A DNA stretch of 64,000 bases from Hormiphora californensis (Eukaryota; Animalia; Ctenophora): assembly GCA_020137815.1 (NCBI GenBank), contig CM035352.1:3348001-3412000 (forward strand), read 5' to 3'. Made by a program: the position numbers and the translations under genes. How positions within the stretch are numbered: position 1 is the first letter of the stretch; each line of letters opens with the position of its first letter. Shown here in pieces: positions 25,248 to 35,524 of this stretch. Below the pieces are notes generated by a model, which was not told where the DNA came from, did not search any database, and was given only the letters and a program-made list of their open reading frames with translations.

Positions 25248-25620
25248 GTCTCAATCGGTTCCTAGTTCCTACTATTGGATATAGTGGTAAAACGAGGTAT
25301 ATTGGACGGAGGGATTGGGAAAAAAGGTGTTGGGTTGTGGAAAACCATGTTGCTGATTAGATTTTAAATCAAATTGGCGACGTGGTTCCCGTATTTTGGG
25401 GCAGATAGGGGTTAATAAATCAAATCAAAAGGGGTTAATAAAACTCGTGAGTGGAGGAAACAAACCATAAATGAAATAAATAACATATCTTTGGTAAAAC
25501 ATCCCTAAACATAGAACACTAACAACACTAACAACGGAGAGAGAACACACACAGAAGATGACAGCAAATAAAAGTGTAGCAGCTCACATGCAAAAGTATT
25601 CAAAAGTTTCAAAATATTCT

Positions 25621-26808
25621 TCAAACACCAAACGCAGAAACCGCATCTGGGTTTATTTTAGGGACCATCTCGGCTCCTTGTAACTTCAAATTAGCCATTT
25701 CTTGGGTGCCCGAATGAACCGCCAACAGATCCCGATACTTCTGACTGTTTCCCATGAACCTCCGTGCTCGTTTGATCTCCCTTGACAGCAGTCGGAGATC
25801 ATCGCCACTGTACTCCGGTATTTCCAGGGACTTCTCACTATCCCTCTGGAGTGAGGCTGGGAGGTCGCTAGATAACAACTGATGAGATACCACATTACCC
25901 TCAAACCCCTCCACACAGCAGTGGTACCTCCCTCCAGTTTCTTTTCTCAGCTTCTTCAGGAACGATATTGCCTCTTTGTCACCCTGACTCAGGAAAATGG
26001 TGTGGATCTTCTGGCGGGAATCCATACTGGCGACCTTGTCTAGCACAGCCTTGCAACTCGTATCAGGCTTCCCATCAGTGACAAGATAGGTTGCCACGGC
26101 CTCCGAATCAGAAAGTGCTGCGTTTAGAGCATCGATAGTGCAGGTATTTCCACCTGCTTGGAGCTCCCCAACGAATTTAGCCGCTGCTTTACACATATCC
26201 AGAGTTGGGTCAGATACCTGCTCCTGAAACTTGGTGACCACACTCGCAAACTGGAGAATGTTAAATTTGATGTTGTTTGGTTTCAGTACGGTCCAAATAA
26301 GGGCTATTAGTTCCCGCTTCATCTCCTCCATTACAGTTACCATACTGCCACTCGTATCAACACAGAGCACAATCGCTGGCTCTAAGATGGTCCCGAACAC
26401 TCGGTGTGGACCAAGAAGAAGCCATTTCCACCGAGAAAGGTACCTTGATATCACGTGGTCCAGGGATTCCTCGTACTGAACCAGCTCGTGGTGGTGGAGC
26501 TCCATATGAACCTTCTCTCCCCTGACCTTGACCTTCGGAAAGACATCACAGTATTTAGCACCAATACGGTGCCCTGTGATTTTGATGTATTCGGATGCAT
26601 GTCGATGGGATGACATAAGTTGGTCGAGATTCAGCCCAAGTGGATTAAGTCCATATTTTCTGAGCCATTCTTTTGATGAAATCAGATCCTCATCTGTTGG
26701 TATGTATCGGAGACCTTTCTTGCGAGCGGCTGAACTTTTTGGTCGCTTCGTTGTTCTTTTGGCTGGTGTTGTGGCTGCTGGTGCCGATTTGGGTCGACTA
26801 CTTTTCAT
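25621..26808 (-). CDS. Intronless von Willebrand A domain protein (VWA3A/B-like)
   Basis: 395-aa ORF; RVFGTILE..VLCVDTSGSM MIDAS motif, GGNTCTIDAL, YLVTDGKPD, FLKKL..ETGGRYH. Confidence 0.88.
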   Translation of the reverse strand: MKSSRPKSAPAATTPAKRTTKRPKSSAARKKGLRYIPTDEDLISSKEWLRKYGLNPLGLNLDQLMSSHRHASEYIKITGHRIGAKYCDVFPKVKVRGEKVHMELHHHELVQYEESLDHVISRYLSRWKWLLLGPHRVFGTILEPAIVLCVDTSGSMVTVMEEMKRELIALIWTVLKPNNIKFNILQFASVVTKFQEQVSDPTLDMCKAAAKFVGELQAGGNTCTIDALNAALSDSEAVATYLVTDGKPDTSCKAVLDKVASMDSRQKIHTIFLSQGDKEAISFLKKLRKETGGRYHCCVEGFEGNVVSHQLLSSDLPASLQRDSEKSLEIPEYSGDDLRLLSREIKRARRFMGNSQKYRDLLAVHSGTQEMANLKLQGAEMVPKINPDAVSAFGV

Positions 26809-27699
26809 GTCATATGCTAACTAAAAGTAAATCATTAATTTCATTCTCAAGTTTAAGTAACTCATGCCTCAAGAGAAACAAAACAAACGATTGCAATAGC
26901 AAGGAGCGGGCTGGGCCAAAAATTGAAAGGAAATCTTTGACGTACTTCATGTGATATGACCTCTTTCAATTAGCTAATGATAATATGACACTTGAGACAG
27001 CTTCACAACGGCAGATGCTAGTTGGGTTGTATATTTAGCTTCGTTGTCTGAACTCTGATTTCATAACATAACAGCCAACTGGTAGGCTGCCCACCGTGGG
27101 CATCATGAAGTTTTCATTCATGCAGGAGGTTGTTCCCGAAAAAAACGTGTACTGTGGCACCCAAGCCCCGTATCTTGGCTAAGTAAAAACCCCGAATAAT
27201 TAATGTGCCAAAAATGGCTCTTACCACCAAACCTCTCAAACTTTTTAGCTAATTTACAGATTATCAGATAGGTCATCTCAAGCCATAACCAAAACCCGGG
27301 GGTGCGACCTGCGTGCATGAGGGCAGCTGCAGTAAAAGCCAAAAGTCAAAAGTCAATTTTCAAAACTTTTTCGTGAAAATTTAAAAAATCGAAATGTTTC
27401 CGGACTTTTTTTCGAGTCGCGATCGCGAAACTGTCCGCGCGGCGCCGCGCGCATAGGGTACGCGCAATTCAAAGCATTTGACGCGCATCCAAAAATCTCG
27501 ACCGCGATTTCATAAAATTTCGCGAACCAAATTTCGTTCAGCTCAGAAATTTGCGATTTTTCGTCACACCCACATGATGTGTGGGGGCCACATCCTTCAT
27601 CCCCTGACCGTGGCTGCTACCCCAGAGGCCAGACATAAAGTCCATTTTTTTTCAACTGTTCACCCAAAAACTGAAATCCATATAATAAATTCCATAATG

Positions 27700-29992
27700 C
27701 TACATTGGTGAATCTATGGAGGGTAGGAGGTAAACTTTCAAGGAAACTAAAGACTACCCTTGTGGCGAGCCTTATACACTCTAAGTTGGACTACTGTAAC
27801 TCCCTGTTGACTGGTATTACGAAGAAGAATTTAGACAGACTGCAAAAGATCCAGAATGCTGCTGCAAGGTTCATTTATGGCCAGAGAAAATGGAGGGGTA
27901 CTACCAACTTGAGAAAAGCACTGCACTTTCTCCCAGTAGCTGAGAGAATTGAGTTCAAAGTATGTGTACTGGTGTATAAATGTGTCAACGGTGTTGCACC
28001 TGGCTACTTATCTGACCGAATTCAAAAAAGAAGGAGGAAATCTATGAGTCTCAGAAAAGATGACGACAACCTTCTCTTGGAGACACCAAGGGCTAGGTAT
28101 AAACTAAACGAAAGTGCCTTCAGTGTATGCGGCCCGAAGTTTTGGAACCAATTGCCAAGAAGACTTAGATCTGCCGAATCCTTAAACAGTTTTAAAAGAG
28201 ATCTGAAGACGCATCTGTTTGGAAAGGCATTTGGGTAGTTTTGGCGTTAGAAGTCTTCTGTGTGGGTTGTGGTTTGTTTTCTGTCCTGGCGTTTGTGTTA
28301 GGCTTTGGTTGCATCGGGGGTTTGTAGTGTGGTCTTCCGGTGGAGTCTGTGAAGTGGTGGTGGGGTCTGCACTGTGAAGTGGTGGTGGAGTCTGTGAAGT
28401 GGTGGTGTCTGTGAAGTGGTGGTGAGGTTTGTGAAGTGGTGGTGGAGTCTGTGAAGTGGTGGTGGAGTCTGTGAAGTGGTGGTGGAGTCTGTGAAGTGGC
28501 GGTGGAGTCTGTGAAGTGGTGGTGAAGTATGTGAAGTGGTGGTGTAGCATGTGATGTGGTGGTAGGGTCTTTGAAGTGGTGCCTCTTTTGGCTTTGAAGT
28601 GAGGTTTTGAGGTGATCTGCTGAGTCTCGGTTAGGAGTTTTAGATTCATCGTGGGATAGGCTGTGGGAAAGGCTGTGTTGTGGTGAAGTCTCGGATGGGA
28701 GGTCTTTCCTTTTACGTCCTACATTCCTCTACTGTGCTACATTCCTATCATTACTACATTCCTATTTTGACTACATCCCCTATAACTACATCATCATCTG
28801 AAGTCCTTTCCTCCAACATATGAGTAGAGTAGGGGTCTGATATCATGTCAAGAGTGTCGAGTTTTTTGAGTATATTTTCTGGTTGTATTGTGACAGTGTG
28901 TGTTGAGTTTCTTTCCTTTCTGGCTAAAGTAGAGTCATAGGTTCTTTGAGCGAGCGAGTGAGCCAGCCTGAACAATGTTCAGTGAACATCATGGAGGGTA
29001 TTACGTTCTCGAAGACATCAAGACGATAAACATACATGGACTTTATACGAGTGTGTTTGGAGAATAGACTCTAGAGTTTCTAAGTTGGGCAGCTCTTAAT
29101 TTTATATCTTCTCTATCCTAGTTACCTTAAAATCACTTTAAATTAGAACCTAAATACTTACGTCTAGTACAGTTATCTATCTTACAGCTTACTATAATTA
29201 GCTTAACGTTTTTATCGTACATTAAATTTTAAACCCAACCGCATTAATTAACTTATTCTGACTGGCCATTGCACTGGTCTCCTGCCTTTTTATTTTTTAC
29301 CGCTCCAATTAATTAATTTATTAACAGCTTTGTATTTAACCTATCTGACTGACCTCTGGTCTCTTGCTTTTTATTTTTCTACCTCGTTATTCATTAATTT
29401 ATTACCAGCTTCTTTAGAATTTTCCATAGGCCATTTATTAGATCATAACCTTATATAGCAATTAATATGGTTAGTGTGTATTACCTTATCGGTTATCCTG
29501 TTACAGTTACTTTATCCATTAACTAATTACTTAGCTATTCGCCTCCTTTTTAGATCACTAGCCTTTTACTTGAATTAATTATTAAACTATACTACTTACT
29601 TAGTATTTACACTATGTACTTATTAATCAACAGTTAATTATCTAACTAGTTAATTATCGAACTAGTTAATTATCAATTATCTAACTAGTTAATTTCTCAA
29701 TTATCTAACTACTTAATCACTCAACGAATTAATTACGCTATTTCTTAATTAGATATTTTATAACCCTTATTTTCTACATACATTTATATATATTATATCG
29801 AATGACTGCCGACGGTTTTTTAAGGCCTTTAGGATCTTATAATCCTATAAGAGCCGCTTTAGAAGGCTTGTTAGTGGTGGGTGCGTTGCTTCAATCGACT
29901 GATTGAAACGGCGTCCTCCTAGCACTAACAATGCATAGGCCCAAAAGCGGGATATAAATTATAATTGTATTTGTATTTGTATTTGTATTTGT
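27700..29992 (+). mobile_element. 5'-truncated L2/CR1-group LINE (RT C-terminus, long 3' UTR, (TTGTAT)n tail)
   Basis: Intact ORF 27705-28238 (SKLDYCNSLL, LHFLPVAERIEFK, FKRDLKTHLF); tail at 29965-29992; ATAATG duplicated at 27694-27699 and 29993-29998. Confidence 0.85.
28340..28580. repeat. ~20-bp minisatellite (gagtctgtgaagtggtggtg) in LINE 3' UTR
   Basis: About ten degenerate tandem units. Confidence 0.9.
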
Positions 29993-30628
29993 ATAATGTT
30001 AGTCAGTCTGTCCGTTAATTGGTTTTTCAAACTCCTCCCACAGTTTTTGAGCTAGACCCCTGAAAATTTGTACACTGGTACCTTGGACCAAGGCGGATGT
30101 AAGTACGGGCTCAGATTTTTGATCCGATCTTAACAGCAGTGACGTCACGGGGTGACGTCATTGCGACAAAAAGACTTACATTTTTCAAACGCTTCTAAGA
30201 CCCTGAAAACGGCTCTAAATCAAAAAACTAACGCAATAGTGGGGAAAGAGAATCGTTTGAACTTCATTTTACTTGATAGCGATTTCCCGTAACTCAATGT
30301 TTAAGGGTCGTAAATCGCGTCGGGAAAGTTAAAAATGCCAAAAATACGATATTTTTCACCGTAGCCACCCAAAATCTTATCCAATCGATATGAAACTTGG
30401 TCGTTATGTGAATTTTAATGTCCTTTGGCCAGGGGTTCCCGGAAAACGGATTGGCAAGATGAGAACTGACCGGAGTTCTTATATAATAAATTAATTCATG
30501 GTCAACACGAAACGCAAAAAGTTTCAAAAAGGTGCGAATTTTTTTAGATAAATTGTTTCCAAATAAAATGCAAAGAAATCGCGAGCAAAGAAATCGCGAG
30601 CGCGCGGCAGTTGTTTGCACCGTTAACT

Positions 30629-30869
30629 AAAGTCCGTTTCAAGCGACTTGACCCGTAATTCTTGGAATTCGGCGCATTGCGTGTGTATTTACAAAGGGGA
30701 AATCCTGAATTTCCAGGAATCTCAGGTCAAGTCGTTTGAAACGCACTTTAAAGTCCGTTTCAAGCGACTTGACCCGTAATTCTTGGAATTTGGCGCATTG
30801 CGCGTGTATTTACAAAGGGGAAATCCTCAATTTCCAGGAATCTCAGGTCAAGTCGTTTGAAACGCACTT
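30629..30869. mobile_element. Tandem dimer of a ~120-bp TIR MITE
   Basis: aagtccgtttcaagcgacttgacc...ggtcaagtcgtttgaaacgcactt twice head to tail; solo copy at 33232-33350. Confidence 0.85.
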
Positions 30870-30989
30870 TACAAAAAGACGCGTGCCACATTTAATTTGT
30901 CCGGTTGAACTGAAGGTACCAAGTTTGCGCGCAATATTCACTCACTGCGTAGTGTGGTCATCGCGCGTTCCCGACATGTATCGAGCAAA

Positions 30990-31141
30990 ATGAGGCCCCT
31001 CGGAAATGTTCAAGTCATGCACAATCAAGTCACGCCCACCAATCACAGCTCAGAACGCGCGGAGTGCTTCGCGCGTTCTGCGCTGTGACTGGTGGGCGTG
31101 ACTTGATTGTGCATGACTTGAACATTTCCGAGGGGCCTCAT
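30990..31141. repeat. Near-perfect 150-bp palindrome (MITE-like)
   Basis: atgaggcccctcggaaatgttcaagtcatgc...gcatgacttgaacatttccgaggggcctcat. Confidence 0.9.
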
Positions 31142-31729
31142 GGGGCGAGAAATCAGAGCGCTTCTGTGTTTATCGCAAAAGTAAAAAAACATAAATTTAA
31201 TGGGGCAAGTAAATAAATGTGAAACAAGTATAAAATTCAGGGTTAAAACTTAGAATATTTCTCGTCTGTCTCAACTTCTCTTTCAAAAGCAAACCGATTG
31301 ACAAATTGTCTCGGTTCTCTTTTATAATGTCTTTATTCCAGAGTCTTTCCAGTAATCCATCAGTCCATGATGGTTCTGCGGTGATACAGATCGGAGGCTA
31401 CATCGCACAGGAAGAGTGGCAATGATCTGTGTTGTGTAAACTTTGACAAGTGGGCCTGCATGTCAATGGAACTGGTGTATTTCGTCTCCACCAATTGGAA
31501 TGCTCCCTCGCACCTGGAGGAGAAACATAATTAATATCGGGATTTAATACGAAAACCAAAGAAAACGAATTTAATAAATTAATTTAGTAGGGAATTTTGA
31601 AATTTTAATAATCGTGAGCCCGTTAAATCAGGGAGCCCAGTGAATCAGGGTCAAATACTGTTAATTTCCTATATATGGGGGCGGGGGAGGTTATATCAGG
31701 GTCCGACTGCATTACTCTTTGTTGATTAA

Positions 31730-32096
31730 AGTGAGAGTGGACCGACACAGAATTGGACAATGTTGTTGTAGGAAGTAGAGATTATTTCTCTGATCATTTT
31801 GCTCTTTTCCCGCTTAGAATTGGTCCCTCCATCACTGAGATACTTTTGTTATGTTGGGAGCATGACGTCACGCACCTATCTCTGTATTTTCTCTGTAGGC
31901 AGTACATCGAGCATGTCCGGGCGTGCACACATACAGAATACAAGAGATAGATGCGTGACGTCATGCTCCCAACATAACAAAAGTATCTCAGTGATGGAGG
32001 GGCCAATTCTAAGCGGGAAAAAAGCAAAATGCTCAGAGAAATAATCTCTACTACCTACAACAACATTGTCCAATTCTGTGTCGGTCCACTCTCACT
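31730..32096. mobile_element. Palindromic MITE with TTAA TSD, Kolobok-like
   Basis: TTAA|AGTGAGAGTGGACCGACAC...GTGTCGGTCCACTCTCACT|TTAA; arms ~165 bp, near-identical. Confidence 0.88.
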
Positions 32097-32164
32097 TTAA
32101 CTCCCCGTTCATCCACTAAGTTTTGTGAGAAAATATAATAAGTAACTAACTCGATCCATACTAA

Positions 32165-32441
32165 GGGTCACCACACACCAAAGTTAAAATTAAAATTAAA
32201 ATTTTGATTTTAAACCCGCACACACCAGCGGCCGTTAAAATTTCTCTCCCCATTCTAAAAGTAACAATCTCACGCACGATTTTGACGGTCGCGTTGGATG
32301 ACAAAATTTTAACACGCCGTTAAAATCGTGCGCGAGATTGTTACTTTTAGAATGGGGGAGAGAAATTTTAACGGCCGCTGGTGTGTGCGGGTTTAAAATC
32401 AAAATTTTAATTTTAATTTTAACTTTGGTGTGTGGTGACCC
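32165..32441. mobile_element. Palindromic MITE, PIF/Harbinger-like
   Basis: TAA|GGGTCACCACACACC...GGTGTGTGGTGACCC|CAA; ~125-bp arms; 3-bp flank imperfect. Confidence 0.75.
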
Positions 32442-32904
32442 CAACTTCTTGAAGAGAAGATTGTGAGTTGGTGATTCAGCATAGAGAGATACAAGAGAGA
32501 ACTGTGAGTCCTCGGGGCACGAGAGGGTGTATCCAAACATGTATTCAACATTCTCCTTTAATTCACGGATCTGTAAATAGAGTATTTAGGGTGTTTAGGG
32601 TGCAGTGTTCGTGGTGTTCAGGGTGTTTAGAGTGTTCAGGGTGCAGTGTTCATGGTGTTCTATAGTGGGTATATTATTATAGTACATGCCCGTGTCGTAT
32701 TCAGTTCACAGTTACGCTTTACTTCAACGGGTTTTCTAGTTTAATAAAAATTAGTATTTGGGTGGCGCGCGCTATACGTTAACATGTGATAAACGCGCAA
32801 AACAATTCCGCGCACGACTTTGGGGGGTGAACAGTTGAAAAAAAATGGAGTATACAGGGACACGGTGTTTAATTGTCCTACACTGACTGTACACCGCGCG
32901 GCCT

Positions 32905-32986
32905 CACGTAGCCGCACGTAGCCGCACGTAGCCGCACGTAGCCGCACGTAGCCGCACGTAGCCGCACGTAGCCGCACGTAGCCGCA
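32905..32986. repeat. 10-bp tandem repeat (gccgcacgta) x ~8 followed by hairpin gcaccgggccttcggcccggtgc
   Basis: Direct inspection; the adjacent cgaagaggagggtctcatatgagacaa recurs inverted at ~47541-47572. Confidence 0.9.
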
Positions 32987-33231
32987 CCGGGCCTTCGGCC
33001 CGGTGCGAAGAGGAGGGTCTCATATGAGACAAGTGTTTAAAGTTCTGTTTTAAGGTGCATTTTCAGTATGCACTAAAATGGCTCTTGAAAATAGGTCGCG
33101 ACTCTCTGATCAATCACTTTATAAAATGGCCCTTACCACCAAGGCACCAAACCCTTGTTGTGTCATAACCGTTTTGGCTAATTCGAAGTTTATCTTCTAG
33201 AAACAAGGAAATTTCAAGCCCTAAAGTCCTT

Positions 33232-33350
33232 AGTCCGTTTCAAGCGACTTGACCCGTAATTCTTGGAATTTGGTGCATTGCGTGTGTATTTACAAAGGGG
33301 AAATCCTGAATTTCCAGGAATCTCAGGTCAAGTCGTTTGAAACGCACTTT
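33232..33350. mobile_element. Solo copy of the ~120-bp TIR MITE
   Basis: Nearly identical to units at 30629-30869. Confidence 0.85.
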
Positions 33351-33583
33351 AGAAATTAGACCCTCCATTAAATTCGTTTGCCGAACAAGGCAAACCCCGA
33401 TCGGCCAAGTTGACCGGGCCAACCTGAACCCCAGCCACAACCCTCACATTGGGGTCGCTCCATCGCAGTTGGATCACTCATATCCTAGGTCATTGATATC
33501 TCCCGTTGACTTCTTTGTTTCCCTTCCAACATCCCATATTTTGTGATAAATAAACAAATACTTACCATCATGTTTTAGTGTAC

Positions 33584-34297
33584 ATGGAACCCGAACCACC
33601 ACCCTACAACGAATGTGTTATTGGAATTGAACCAAGCGGGTACACTCCCTCAGCCCCGCCGGCTAAACCTGGTCCTTCGAGTGTTACACCGGGCGGTCTA
33701 AGGCTCGATAAAGCATACAAGCAAGGAGACCGACTGACTATTGATTTCGAGAAACATGCCTGTTGTCCATGGGACACGGCCGTCGGCTTGGATCCGGGAT
33801 GTAGATCGTATGTGCCACAGGAGCTTGCTGAAAAAGGGATAACCCAATCACAATGGGAGGATTGGTGTGATGATTTAATGAAGGTTCAACGGAAGTCCCC
33901 ATCTATCGGAGGATGTTTGTGTATATTTTGCTTCCCCGGGCTGCTAATCCAATCCGTGCTGTGTGCAACGTTCTGCCCTACCTCCGGAAACCACTGTTTT
34001 AAATGGTTACCATGTTGCTATGGTGACTGGCATTATGAAATCGGGGAGTGGCAGAGAAAGGTAAACGAAACCCTGAACCCATTGGATATGCACGCCAAGC
34101 TGAAAACTTTCAAACCCCACAACAGAGCACCACAGTCGCTTAACAAATCCCAAAGGGTTGCTGGAAAAGATCACAACTATGAGATGGGTATGTTGATTAT
34201 CGCCCTAAACGCCACTGAAGCCAGGAAGTTGATGCAGGAACCGTGGGATAATGGGGTGAATGATGGGTGTACCTCAGGTATCGGCAGAATGTTGTAA
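33584..34297 (+). CDS. Intronless cysteine-rich protein with PPPY motif, possibly Erf4/GOLGA7/CHIC-like
   Basis: 237-aa ORF after acceptor-like tgttttag; PQELAEKGITQSQWEDW resembles the Erf4-family core; CLCIFC/PCC clusters. Family call is tentative. Confidence 0.7.
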   Translation: MEPEPPPYNECVIGIEPSGYTPSAPPAKPGPSSVTPGGLRLDKAYKQGDRLTIDFEKHACCPWDTAVGLDPGCRSYVPQELAEKGITQSQWEDWCDDLMKVQRKSPSIGGCLCIFCFPGLLIQSVLCATFCPTSGNHCFKWLPCCYGDWHYEIGEWQRKVNETLNPLDMHAKLKTFKPHNRAPQSLNKSQRVAGKDHNYEMGMLIIALNATEARKLMQEPWDNGVNDGCTSGIGRML

Positions 34298-34373
34298 AAT
34301 AGAACGGCATAATGTTGTAAAATAGAACAGTATAATGGTGTAAAATAGAACGGCATAATGGTGTAAAATGGAA
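34293..34373. repeat. 22-bp tandem repeat overlapping the stop codon
   Basis: tgtaaaatagaacggcataatg x ~3.5. Confidence 0.85.
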
Positions 34374-34490
34374 CGAGAGACTCCAAACTACAAAACGTTT
34401 TACTAAACTATGTTATAGAATTTAGATTTTTCTTTTTCGTGCCAGATAGTTTTTAGATGATATATCTGTATATTTTGTTAAAGATAAAAT

Positions 34491-35524
34491 GTTATTAAGA
34501 GACCTAAGATAGTCTCTGTTGGTTTTTGAATAGACGCGTTTATTTTTACCAGCATTTTTTCAATATATGTACAAGGTGGGCCACGGATTGTTGGTCATGG
34601 TTAGCGAGGTGGTGCGTCAAAACGGTGATAGTTCTGAGAATAAAAATTATGGGAGCACTCTGGATCAATTCCTTGGTAACTTTTTCCATAATTTTTTGTC
34701 AAAAATTCGAAAATTCATTTTTCATTCCTTCATTCATTTCTCGTTCATTCATGATGTGAGCATCCTAATTTTCCATCATTATGCTATTCTTCTTTGGCTG
34801 TAATTTCTCTTTCCAATGAGCACCATAAAAATGAAATTGAAGCACCAGGTCACACAGCAGTTGAGAAAATGTTCATGCATGATTTTGGCTCTTTTTGCGA
34901 CTTTCAAACAGCTGTATCACGGCTACCTTTCGTTCAATCTTCTTAAAACTTTGGGAAAACATTGGATAAGCAAAGATCTTCACTCACAAGAAAAATCAAG
35001 GCCAAAGGTTATTAAGAGACCTAAGATAGTCTCTGTTGGTTTTTGAATAGACGCGTTTATTTTTACCAGCATTTTTTCAATATATGTACAAGGTGGGCCA
35101 CGGATTGTTGGTCATGGTTAGCGAGGTGGTGCGTCAAAACGGTGATAGTTCTGAGAATAAAAATTATGGGAGCACTCTGGATCAATTCCTTGGTAACTTT
35201 TTCCATAATTTTTTGTCAAAAATTCGAAAATTCATTTTTCATTCCTTCATTCATTTCTCGTTCATTCATGATGTGAGCATCCTAATTTTCCATCATTATG
35301 CTATTCTTCTTTGGCTGTAATTTCTCTTTCCAATGAGCACCATAAAAATGAAATTGAAGCACCAGGTCACACAGCAGTTGAGAAAATGTTCATGCATGAT
35401 TTTGGCTCTTTTTGCGACTTTCAAACAGCTGTATCACGGCTACCTTTCGTTCAATCTTCTTAAAACTTTGGGAAAACATTGGATAAGCAAAGATCTTCAC
35501 TCACAAGAAAAATCAAGGCCAAAG
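34491..35524. repeat. 517-bp tandem duplication spanning the left junction of the foldback element
   Basis: 34491-35007 equals 35008-35524 by eye; the ORF track gives identical peptides offset by 517. Confidence 0.92.

Larger units (their letters stand above)
27677..32739 (+). mobile_element. Probable non-autonomous Helitron carrying nested insertions
   Basis: A|TCCATATAATAAA start; after removing the LINE it continues ...gttagtcagtctgtccg...aactcctcc; ends gcccgtg...caacgggttttCTAG|T. Pairing of the two ends is inferred. Confidence 0.4.
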
